Of a DNA stretch of 64,000 bases, positions 9,664-17,288 are shown in pieces (the first letter of the stretch is position 1; each line of letters starts with the position of its first letter). The stretch covers positions 9,079 through 73,078 of the forward strand of contig CALGOA010000063.1 in assembly GCA_937958015.1 (NCBI GenBank). The letters run 5' to 3'. Below the pieces are notes generated by a model. The model made no database searches. It saw nothing but the letters and a program-made list of their open reading frames with translations, and had not been told where the DNA came from. The stretch is from an uncultured Acidimicrobiales bacterium (GTDB taxonomy: Bacteria > Actinomycetota > Acidimicrobiia > Acidimicrobiales > SZUA-35). The position numbers and the translations under genes are program-made.

Positions 9664-10610
9664 GCCAACATCCGCTTGAGGACATCGCAGGCGAGATCGA
9701 ACGCCTGGTCGATGCGACCCGCGGTATCGACCCATGGTGTTCCGCGCCGGACTGGACCTTTAGCACCCACCTCGGATTTGCCCCCGGCGTCGAGCCGATA
9801 ACGCTCGGCGATCTCGACCGGTGGGCGGTTCTTCTGGGCCGCTACATCGACGAGGAGGATCACCGGGTGCTGGGTGGGATCGAGCCGTTGTGGGGCTTCT
9901 CCTGTCCGCTGCTTTTGCCCGAGCCGGCCCGGCATGCCAACGAGTTCGTCGACGAGGTGGTTCAGGTTCCCGATTGGAGCCGGCTGGTGCTCACGGGACT
10001 CGATGCAGAATCGGATCTGTACTTCGAGGTGATCAGGGCGCTGGCCCGGATCGGCACCGTCTACCGGGCCGATGGCATCGATCGTTGCGTGGCCGATCTT
10101 TCGCAGGGGGTTGGCCCCTGGTTGGATCGACGTTCGTCTCGGTTCCGTCAACAGTGGCGTCGACGGGAACGGTCGCTAGCCGGGTCCGGGATTGAAATCG
10201 AAGTGATCGACACTGCCGAGGGCCTCATGGACCGCTTCCTCGCGATCGAACGAAGAGGCTGGAAGGGCCGTCGGGCCGACGGGATCACGTCATCGGCGAT
10301 GGAGGCGACCTACCGGCACATGATCGATCGATTGGGCGCAGCGGGACGGCTGCGGGCTGCGGTGGCCCGAAGTGGCGATCGCGACGTCGGCTTCATCCTC
10401 GGCGGCGTGCGCGGCGGCATCTACCGCGGACTGCAATTGTCCTACGTGGAGCAGGTTGCAGACCTGGGGGTCGGACACACCCTGCAGGCGTTCCAGATCA
10501 ACGCGTTGGGGCCCGAGATTCACACCTACGACATGGGGATGGACATGGAGTACAAACGTCGGTACGCCGACGAGCTGCGACCGTCGGTCGTGGTGATCCT
10601 GCACCGTTAG
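9660..10610 (+). CDS. GNAT-fold acetyltransferase (BioF2/CelD-like, Acetyltransf_6-type)
   Basis: Only the 3' ~316 codons of track ORF 9258..10610 lie outside the YihY gene. The C-terminal part (RFLAIERRGWKGR...VGFILGG...LQLSYVEQVADLGVGHTLQ) looks GNAT/FemAB-like. The start is uncertain: no in-frame ATG or GTG lies near 9660, and CTG at 9660 is only a guess. Confidence 0.6.
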   Translation: MSQHPLEDIAGEIERLVDATRGIDPWCSAPDWTFSTHLGFAPGVEPITLGDLDRWAVLLGRYIDEEDHRVLGGIEPLWGFSCPLLLPEPARHANEFVDEVVQVPDWSRLVLTGLDAESDLYFEVIRALARIGTVYRADGIDRCVADLSQGVGPWLDRRSSRFRQQWRRRERSLAGSGIEIEVIDTAEGLMDRFLAIERRGWKGRRADGITSSAMEATYRHMIDRLGAAGRLRAAVARSGDRDVGFILGGVRGGIYRGLQLSYVEQVADLGVGHTLQAFQINALGPEIHTYDMGMDMEYKRRYADELRPSVVVILHR

Positions 10611-10659
10611 CGTCGGGCGTGGCTCCCGGCCGGTGTGGTGCGGAGTAGGTGCGATCCGT

Positions 10660-11235
10660 TCAGTCGTCGATCCACGACTCGTCCGGGACGCCGAGTCCGT
10701 CGGCGATCCGGTTGACGTAGGCGTAGTAGGCGGTGACCTCGGCGATGTCGAGGATGTCCCGGTCGGAGAAACCAGCCGAGCGCAGGGCGTCGACGTCGGA
10801 CTTCACCATTTCGCCGGGACGCAGGGTGAGTTTTACCGCGTACTCCAGCATCGCCGTTCTGGACGGCGACAGCTGCGCCTGGCGCCAATCTGTTTCGATG
10901 CTGTTGAGCAGTTCATCGTCATGCAGGAGTCGACGCAGACCGCGTCGGTGATGCACCACTCAATAGTGGCAATGGTTCTCGAGGCTGACGACCAGTGCGA
11001 TCATCTCCCGCTCCACCTTCCGGAGCGTGGCTGTTCCCGCCATCGCAGACTGGTAGACCGCGTTGTGAGCAGCGAGTCCTCTGGGATTCAGCGACTGGAT
11101 CGCCATGATGTTGTCGATTCGGCCGTACTGGCCATCGACCACCGTTCCGTCCAGCTCGGCCAAGCCGCCCGACCCCTCCTCGTTCCACCGTTCGTCGGGG
11201 ATCGTTTCGATCCATGCTTCGTCGTGGGTAGCCAT
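10660..11235 (-). CDS. AhpD/carboxymuconolactone-decarboxylase-family 'peroxidase-related enzyme' with in-frame TGA (candidate selenocysteine, CxxU)
   Basis: Track ORFs 10960..11553(-) and 10660..10959(-) share one frame and are separated only by TGA at 10962..10960. The joined 191-codon product reads ...KVEREMIALVVSLENHCHY[TGA]VVHHRRGLRRLL...AMLEYAVKLT...LRSAGFSDRDILDIAEVTAYYAYVNRIADGLG. This is collinear with the CMD/AhpD core, whose motif is C-x-Y-C-V-x-x-H. The start ATG at 11235 is in frame. Confidence 0.65.
10931..10947 (-). promoter_or_regulatory. SECIS-like stem-loop downstream of the in-frame UGA
   Basis: The mRNA reads UGA GUG GUG CAU CAC CGACGC-GGUCU-GCGUCG, a perfect 6-bp GC-rich stem with a 5-nt loop. 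Counting U of UGA as 1, the loop GGUCU occupies nt 22-26. Confidence 0.5.
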
Positions 11236-11303
11236 AACCCATTGTTCCACAGCACAGCCGATCGCTTCCCGTGTGGTGGCACTAGAAGAAGACCACCAGT
11301 GGT

Positions 11304-11720
11304 CTAGATCTCGACCCACGCCGCCGGTCGGTTGGGGCGACTGGGCGGTGTGGGTCGTCGACCGGGATGGTCGTGAGTCTCGGGCGACTGTTCCCAGTCC
11401 CGCAGGTCGCCCAACCACCGGTCGTAGGCGTAGCTGTGGCTGAGGGACCGGGAAGTGAAGTGGTTCATCGCCTCGGCATAGGCGGCCACCACCGCGGCTC
11501 GCTCGCGGCAGAGCGTGGCGAGTTCTGCCAGTTCGACGGCGTCGGCGGCACACTCGTTTTCAACCCGGGTGACGAACAGGTCGACCTCCATTGCAAGCTG
11601 TCCGCCGGTCAGTACGTCGGGACCAAAGGAGCCAGCGATGAGGTTGGGCGTCGCGGACACCTCATCGCTGGCCTCCTCGAACAGCCGGGCAGCGTGCAGA
11701 AAGTCGGACTCGGTCGGCAT
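11304..11720 (-). CDS. hypothetical protein, translationally coupled partner of the WXG100-like gene
   Basis: 138 aa ORF starting 5 nt after the stop of the upstream gene. Predicted helical N-terminal part and a Pro-rich tail. No motif recognised. Confidence 0.55.
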   Translation of the reverse strand: MPTESDFLHAARLFEEASDEVSATPNLIAGSFGPDVLTGGQLAMEVDLFVTRVENECAADAVELAELATLCRERAAVVAAYAEAMNHFTSRSLSHSYAYDRWLGDLRDWEQSPETHDHPGRRPTPPSRPNRPAAWVEI

Positions 11721-11725
11721 GGGGA

Positions 11726-12211
11726 TTAGCCGACCGACATCCCGCCCATGGCGGCTTCGAGATTGGCCCGCTGGGTTGTCACCGCGGTGCTCATTGACGT
11801 GGACGACTGAGAAGCTGAGTCGAGCGCAGCATGGATCTCCTGGGCGTACGCGGCGATCTCTTCACCCATGCGGCCGATTGTGGCCCGCAGGCCGGTGAAG
11901 GTCTCGTTGGTATTGGTCTGGGCGGTATTCATGGCGGCTTCGAAGTCGCCGTAGTGCCCATCGAACGTGACCCGATTGGGGCCGGTCCAGTCGGCCGCAG
12001 CCAGTTCGCCCCGAGACCTGGCCACGGCGGCGACCATGTCGGCCATGGCCTGTTCGATCGCGGACCGCGTGGCTTCGGCGATGTCGTTCATCTGGGCCAC
12101 TGCGTCGCCGGCCGCTCGTTGCGCGTTGCCGTTGACATCGAGGATGTCGGCTGAGGTCTGGCCGAGCGACCCGCTGAGCGAATCGAGTTGGTCGAGTGAT
12201 GCACCGATCAT
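11726..12211 (-). CDS. WXG100-like (ESAT-6-like) helical protein
   Basis: Start moved to the ATG at 12211, which is preceded by AAGGAG 7 nt upstream. Ala/Gln-rich helical sequence with a central W-x-G (AAADWTGPNRVTFDGHYGDFEAAM). At 161 aa it is longer than canonical ~100-aa WXG100 proteins. Confidence 0.6.
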   Translation of the reverse strand: MIGASLDQLDSLSGSLGQTSADILDVNGNAQRAAGDAVAQMNDIAEATRSAIEQAMADMVAAVARSRGELAAADWTGPNRVTFDGHYGDFEAAMNTAQTNTNETFTGLRATIGRMGEEIAAYAQEIHAALDSASQSSTSMSTAVTTQRANLEAAMGGMSVG

Positions 12212-12390
12212 TGCTGAACTCCTTGGTTGAGAAATGCGGCTAAATGCGTTCAACCGCTTTCAAGTGAATGTACCGAACCGACGTTGAAAGTAAATAGACG
12301 AATTAGAGGTTGGGAACGTCTACCTACGGTTGAGTGATGGTGGACCGCCGCCATTGGAGGCTGTTCGAAGCGGGGGAGTAGGTTCGGATT

Positions 12391-13134
12391 ATGAATGAAC
12401 GTCCGGTCGCCATCGTCGCCAATGCCAAACACTACGTGGGCCCCCACCTCGCCCGGGCCTTTGCTCGGGCTGGGTATGACCTGGTGGTTGGAGACCCGGC
12501 CGAGGGTCTGATCGAGGAACTCGATGAGTTGGGTGCAAGCAGCTGGATCGCCGACAACGTCCTGGACCTGGCCGACCCGACGGCCGCCCCACGTCTGGTC
12601 GACATTGCGATGGACGCCTACGCCCGTATCGATTCGGCTGTGTTCTTCGGTGGTGACATCGTGATCGGTTCGTTCATGAAGAGTTCGGCCGAGGATCTTG
12701 AACGCGTCATGCGAGGCAACATAGAAGGCGTCTATCGGCCGTTGCGGGTGTTCCTGCCGCCGATGATCGAACGCGGGGCCGGACAGGTGTTGGTGCTCAC
12801 CAGTGCATCGGGACTACGGGTAACGCCGGGTGCACCGCTGTATTCGGCCACTCGGGCGGCGGCGAACATGTTGGTTCGAAACGTTGCGGCCGAGGTGGCA
12901 GGCAGCGGGGTCCAGGTGAACGCCGTCGGTACCAACTTCATGGACTTCCCCGGATTTCTCGATGCCAGTGGCGCAAACGATCCAGCGGTGCGGGCCAAGA
13001 TCGAACAGCAGGTGCCGATGAATCGGCTCGGTGGCATGGAGGAGTTCGCCCGGTTCTGCATGGCTTTCGTCGACGGCTCGTCTCGATTCCAGACCGGTCA
13101 AACGATCGGCTACGACGGCGGCTGGAGCGCCTGA
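12391..13134 (+). CDS. halohydrin dehalogenase-type SDR homolog (Ser-Tyr-Arg triad)
   Basis: 247 aa SDR fold that lacks the TGxxxGxG dinucleotide motif. The N-terminus AIVANAKHYVGP resembles the HHDH motif T-x4-F/Y-x-G. The catalytic segment TSASGLRVTPGAPLYSATR fits S-x12-Y-x3-R, with Arg in place of the SDR Lys. Confidence 0.75.
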   Translation: MNERPVAIVANAKHYVGPHLARAFARAGYDLVVGDPAEGLIEELDELGASSWIADNVLDLADPTAAPRLVDIAMDAYARIDSAVFFGGDIVIGSFMKSSAEDLERVMRGNIEGVYRPLRVFLPPMIERGAGQVLVLTSASGLRVTPGAPLYSATRAAANMLVRNVAAEVAGSGVQVNAVGTNFMDFPGFLDASGANDPAVRAKIEQQVPMNRLGGMEEFARFCMAFVDGSSRFQTGQTIGYDGGWSA

Positions 13135-13261
13135 GCGAGGTTCCGATGCGAATCTGATTCGTTTCGTGCCCTGCAAGGCGCCAGTCGAATCCGATTGGTC
13201 AGGCCGGCGGTGATCCAATTCGATTCCGGTCCCTCAGGGCTCCTTTCGAATCTGATTGGGT

Positions 13262-13624
13262 TCAGTGACTGCGTTGATGTCTTGCCTGCGACTTGAGCCG
13301 CTTACGTTCTACGGAACGCTCCCACTTGCGCTGTCGACTCCGGCAGGCCTTGCGGCAGAAGATGTGGTTGGCGGAGCGGCGTTCAAAGAGTTCTCCACAG
13401 CGCCAGTAGCGGCAGTCGGTGAGGCGTTCGGGATCCACATCCTCGAACGGAAATTCGTCGGATTCTTCGATGAGACCAGTGTTGCCGGTCTTGAACCGAA
13501 ATTGCAGACCATCGGCCGCCCGCAAACGCGGCACCGCCGGCCCGATTACTCGGACCGGCGGTGCTGGGTTGTTCTTCGCACTCTGATTCGTTGTGTTATG
13601 CGTGGCTGATTGCCTCCAACACAT
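13262..13624 (-). CDS. small Cys4 zinc-ribbon protein (hypothetical, basic C-terminus)
   Basis: C-x4-C-x13-C-x3-C pattern (CRYWRCGELFERRSANHIFCRKAC) followed by an Arg/Lys-rich tail. The start is uncertain: ATG at 13624 overlaps the permease stop by 29 nt, and an in-frame GTG at 13534 is the alternative. Confidence 0.45.
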   Translation of the reverse strand: MCWRQSATHNTTNQSAKNNPAPPVRVIGPAVPRLRAADGLQFRFKTGNTGLIEESDEFPFEDVDPERLTDCRYWRCGELFERRSANHIFCRKACRSRQRKWERSVERKRLKSQARHQRSH

Positions 13625-16115
13625 TCAACTTGCTGGCCCGGCGGGCCGGGAAGGCGGCGGCGGCGAGTCCGCTCACTGCACAGATGGCGACCAGCAGAGC
13701 GATGTTGGCGAAGGGGAACGCCAGAACCGAGACGAAGCTGTCGGGCAGGGCGGTCACGGCGCCCCACCCGAACACCAGGCCCAGGCCGATTCCCAGGAGC
13801 GATCCGAACATCGCAACCTGTGCAGCCTCCCACCGGATCATCCGGCGGGATTGGCGACGGCTCATGCCGACGGCTCGGAGCAGTCCGATCTCACGGGTGC
13901 GTTCGAAGACCGACAGGGCCAGCGTGTTGGCGATACCGATCAGGGCGATGACGATGGCCAGAACCAGCATGGCGTTGATCGCAACGAGCATTCCGTCGAT
14001 CTGAGATTCCAGTGACTCGTTGAAGTCGGCCCGGTTCTCGAACTGCACCTGGGGGTACATCTCGGTCAACGAGGCGAATGTCGCATCTGCGGTTTCAGCG
14101 CTGACACCGTCGGCCAGAAGCGCGGATGCCCACCAGTCGGTGGCATCGCCGAAGCGGGTGAGCCACCCCTCGTTGTGGATGAGGTACTTCTCATCCACGA
14201 TCGTGGTGCTGCTGAAGATGGCGCCCACCGTCATGGTTTCGGTGTTGCCCGAGGGGAAGGTGACGGCGAGTTCGTCGCCAACGGTAAGGGCCCGGTCGGC
14301 TGCCTCGGATTCGAGGACTGCGATCTGACTCTGGTCGTTGACCAACTGTCCATCCACGATGCCGATGTCGAACATCAGACCGGTCGCTTCCAGATCGCCA
14401 CCCATGACTCCGGTGACGTCGTCGCCAACCTTGATCTCGTTGTAGCGGTAGCCGGAGACGGCGCTGAAGGTGTCCGACTGGCCCATCTCGGCGATCAGTG
14501 CGCTGTTGATGGCCTCGTCTGAGCTGCTGATGTAGTCGGCCTTGACCTCGCTGGCCAGCGTTTCGGAGATGCTCTGCTTCAGCGACTCACCAACGACCAT
14601 GGCGGTGGTCACCAGGGCGAGACCCACCATCAGCGATGCTGCGGTGCTCGCCGTACGGCGAGGATTGCGGCCTGCGTTCTGGGTGGACAGTGTGCCGGCG
14701 GTGCCCAGGGCCCGGAGGGGGAGGCCGACCGTGCTGATCATCGGCTTGGCGATGGCCGGGCTGGCGAACGTGAGTCCGATGAAGGTAAGGATGGCTCCGA
14801 CTGCGAGCATTGTGATTCGGCCGGCAACACCATCAATCGAACCGAAGAGTCCGAAGGAACCGACGGCGACACCGCTGGCCAGCACCGCTGCTCCGGCGAG
14901 GTTGCGGAGACGGTCGCTCTGGCGGGGTGCGTCGATGCTGTCCTGCATGGCGGCGATCGGGGCAATCCGTCCGGCCTTTCGAGCGGGGCCGAAAGCGGAC
15001 AACATGGTTACTCCGACACCGACGACAAGGGCGACGATGATGGTGCGGGGAGCGAGGATCAGGTCGCTCTGGGGCAACTCTGCACCCAATGCGGAGAACA
15101 TTGCTCGCAGGCCGTAGTTCAGACCGAGTCCGCCGAGGATGCCGAGACCGGAGGCGACGAGGCCAACGATCAGTGCTTCCAACATGGTGGAGCGCCGGAC
15201 CTGTTTGGGGCTGGCGCCGATGGCTCGCAGCAGCGCCAGTTCCTTGGTGCGTTGTCCCAGGACGATCGCAAAGGTGTTGGCGATGATGAAGATCGACACG
15301 AACAGCGCCACACCGGCGAAGCCGAGGAGGATGTTGTTGAAGATGTTGATCCCGCTGTTGAAGTCGGCCTTGATCTCGGCGAGAAGCGCGTCCTGGTCGA
15401 CTGCGACAGCCTGCTCGGGGAGGATGTCGGTTATGGCGGCCTGAACGGCGATGCGGTCGGCGCCATCGTCGAACCGGACGAGAACCGAGTCGAGTTGTCC
15501 CTCACGGATGAACAGTTCCTGAGCGGTCTCCAACGGGTACTGACTCAGCACTGCGCCGAGGGTGGCATTCGACTCTCCGAAGCGGGTGATGCCGACCAGA
15601 TCCATGTCGACCCGACCAGCTGGCGTGATGACGCCATAGGTGTTGCCGATGACCAGGTCGTTGTTGGCGGCCGCATCTTCGTCGATCGAGAATTCCATCC
15701 CGCTGGCGGGGGCTCGGCCGTCGACGATCGTGAAGCCGCTGAGCGACGAGTCGTCGACCCAGGACATGCCGATCATTGGTGGTCCAACCGTGGAGATCGG
15801 AGTTCCGTCGGCCTTGATCGGCTGGATGCCTTCCGTGCTGACGAATCCGACTGCGTTGGCCACACCGTCGACGGACCCGACCGTTGCGGCGAGCCCTTCG
15901 TCGAGTGGCTGAGCCGAGCCGAAGTCGCTCTGGGGTTCAACCTCCAGATCGACACCGCCCACGATCTCTTCCGAGAGTGAGCCGAAGCTGTTGCGAAGTC
16001 CGTCGCCCAGTACGAGCGATGAAACGACGAAGCTGACGCCGAGAACGACAGCGAATGTGGTGAGGGCCAACCGAATCTTGTTGGCGTTGAGGGTGCGGAG
16101 TGTGAGCTTGAACAT
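13596..16115 (-). CDS. ABC transporter permease, FtsX/MacB-type with duplicated FtsX domains
   Basis: 839 aa with two 4-TM FtsX-like modules, each preceded by a large extracytoplasmic domain. It sits immediately downstream of the ATPase gene. Confidence 0.9.
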   Translation of the reverse strand: MFKLTLRTLNANKIRLALTTFAVVLGVSFVVSSLVLGDGLRNSFGSLSEEIVGGVDLEVEPQSDFGSAQPLDEGLAATVGSVDGVANAVGFVSTEGIQPIKADGTPISTVGPPMIGMSWVDDSSLSGFTIVDGRAPASGMEFSIDEDAAANNDLVIGNTYGVITPAGRVDMDLVGITRFGESNATLGAVLSQYPLETAQELFIREGQLDSVLVRFDDGADRIAVQAAITDILPEQAVAVDQDALLAEIKADFNSGINIFNNILLGFAGVALFVSIFIIANTFAIVLGQRTKELALLRAIGASPKQVRRSTMLEALIVGLVASGLGILGGLGLNYGLRAMFSALGAELPQSDLILAPRTIIVALVVGVGVTMLSAFGPARKAGRIAPIAAMQDSIDAPRQSDRLRNLAGAAVLASGVAVGSFGLFGSIDGVAGRITMLAVGAILTFIGLTFASPAIAKPMISTVGLPLRALGTAGTLSTQNAGRNPRRTASTAASLMVGLALVTTAMVVGESLKQSISETLASEVKADYISSSDEAINSALIAEMGQSDTFSAVSGYRYNEIKVGDDVTGVMGGDLEATGLMFDIGIVDGQLVNDQSQIAVLESEAADRALTVGDELAVTFPSGNTETMTVGAIFSSTTIVDEKYLIHNEGWLTRFGDATDWWASALLADGVSAETADATFASLTEMYPQVQFENRADFNESLESQIDGMLVAINAMLVLAIVIALIGIANTLALSVFERTREIGLLRAVGMSRRQSRRMIRWEAAQVAMFGSLLGIGLGLVFGWGAVTALPDSFVSVLAFPFANIALLVAICAVSGLAAAAFPARRASKLNVLEAISHA

Positions 16116-16116
16116 C

Positions 16117-16890
16117 TCAGTCTCCCATCGTCTTCATGTGGTTGAGGACCGATTCGGCGGTGGGAGAGTGGATCTCATCGACGATGCGACCGTCGGCCAG
16201 GAAGACCGCCCGGTCGGCGTAGGAGGCGGCGATCGGATCGTGGGTGACCATCACGATGGTCTGTCCCATTTCGTCCACGGCCGACCGCATGAAGGCGAGG
16301 ATCTCGCCGCCGGTTCGGCTGTCGAGGTTGCCGGTGGGTTCGTCGGCGAAGATGACCTTGGGCTGGGCGGCGAGGGCCCGGGCCACAGCGACCCGCTGCC
16401 GCTGACCACCGCTGAGTTCGTCGGGCCGGTGGCCGAGGCGGTCGCCGAGGCCTACGGTGTCGATGACCGTCGCTAGCCAGCCAGCATCGGGTGTGGTTCC
16501 GGCCAGGGCGGCGGGAAGTTTGATGTTCTCCTCCACGGTGAGGGTGGGGATCAGGTTGAACGCCTGGAAGACGAATCCGACGTGATCCCGACGGAGCTTG
16601 GTCAACTGCTTTTCGTTCAGGTCACTGAGGCTGACGTCGCCGATCGAGACCGAACCCGAGGTGAGTTGGTCGAGGCCGGCGATGCAGTGCATGAGAGTGG
16701 ACTTGCCCGAGCCGGACGGGCCCATGATCGCAGTGAAGCGACCCTGCTCGAAGTCGACGCTGACACCATCGAGCGCACGCACCTCGGTTTCCCCGGTGCG
16801 GTAGAGCTTCGTAGCGTTCCGGGCGCTTGCGGCGACCGGAGCGGTGACGGGCTGGATCTGGTTGGTTTCTTCGATTGCAAGTAGCGACAT
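16117..16890 (-). CDS. ABC transporter ATP-binding protein (MacB/LolD-like)
   Basis: Walker [10 protein letters not shown], signature [15 protein letters not shown], Walker [13 protein letters not shown]. Confidence 0.95.
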   Translation of the reverse strand: MSLLAIEETNQIQPVTAPVAASARNATKLYRTGETEVRALDGVSVDFEQGRFTAIMGPSGSGKSTLMHCIAGLDQLTSGSVSIGDVSLSDLNEKQLTKLRRDHVGFVFQAFNLIPTLTVEENIKLPAALAGTTPDAGWLATVIDTVGLGDRLGHRPDELSGGQRQRVAVARALAAQPKVIFADEPTGNLDSRTGGEILAFMRSAVDEMGQTIVMVTHDPIAASYADRAVFLADGRIVDEIHSPTAESVLNHMKTMGD

Positions 16891-17034
16891 GAGCGTTCCT
16901 CGTGACTAGGCGATTTCGTTTGCTCACTGACAATCGCTCGGAACTGGATCTGCCGATATGCGGGAGAACCCCCATCGTCCCCCGACCAACCCCGACTGAA
17001 CCCCGAGCCCACCCCTGAGTGGGTGCCGGGTCGT

Positions 17035-17230
17035 GTGAACGCCCCCGAACTGTCGGCTGCCGGCGTGAACCCGCCCGAACTGTCCGTGGGGCAGGTGAAC
17101 CCGCCCGAAGCGTCACCTCGCATTTCGAACGCCCCCGAACTGTCGGCTGCCGGTGTGAACCCGCCCGAACTGTCCGATTCGAGCGGTTGGGGGTGGTTCG
17201 TAGGCCGTGAGAGCGGTTCGGGGGTGTTTA
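17035..17230. repeat. 30-nt-phased array of 20-nt boxes (5 forward plus 2 inverted), intergenic repeat family, locus A
   Basis: Forward boxes GTGAAC(C/G)C(G/C)CCCGAA(C/G)(T/C)GTC start at 17035, 17065, 17095, 17125 and 17155. Inverted boxes GAGCGGTT(G/C)GGGG(T/-)G(G/T)TT start at 17181 and 17211. All seven starts are spaced by 26 or 30 nt, and the five forward boxes are exactly 30 nt apart. Confidence 0.85.
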
Positions 17231-17288
17231 GCCCGTCGCGTTTTGCCCGGAGCCAACCGGGTTGGGTGGGCCGACTAGCCTCTGAGGG

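Noticed and set aside
12258-12296. The hairpin CTTTCAA-24 nt-TTGAAAG in the divergent region between the WXG-like gene and the HHDH-like gene, containing a weak box-like sequence (GTGAATGTACCGAACCGACG).
   Set aside because: Only 13 of 20 positions match the box consensus, and the stem is AT-rich and short. It is insufficient to call a regulatory element or a repeat-family member.
17035-17174. A regular repeat-spacer pattern (20-nt repeat, 10-nt spacer, five units) that superficially resembles a mini CRISPR array.
   Set aside because: The spacers are only 10 nt and two of them are near-identical. The repeats are degenerate and occur in both orientations. The same boxes recur at several loci. 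No cas genes or leader are present. It was classified as an intergenic repeat family instead.
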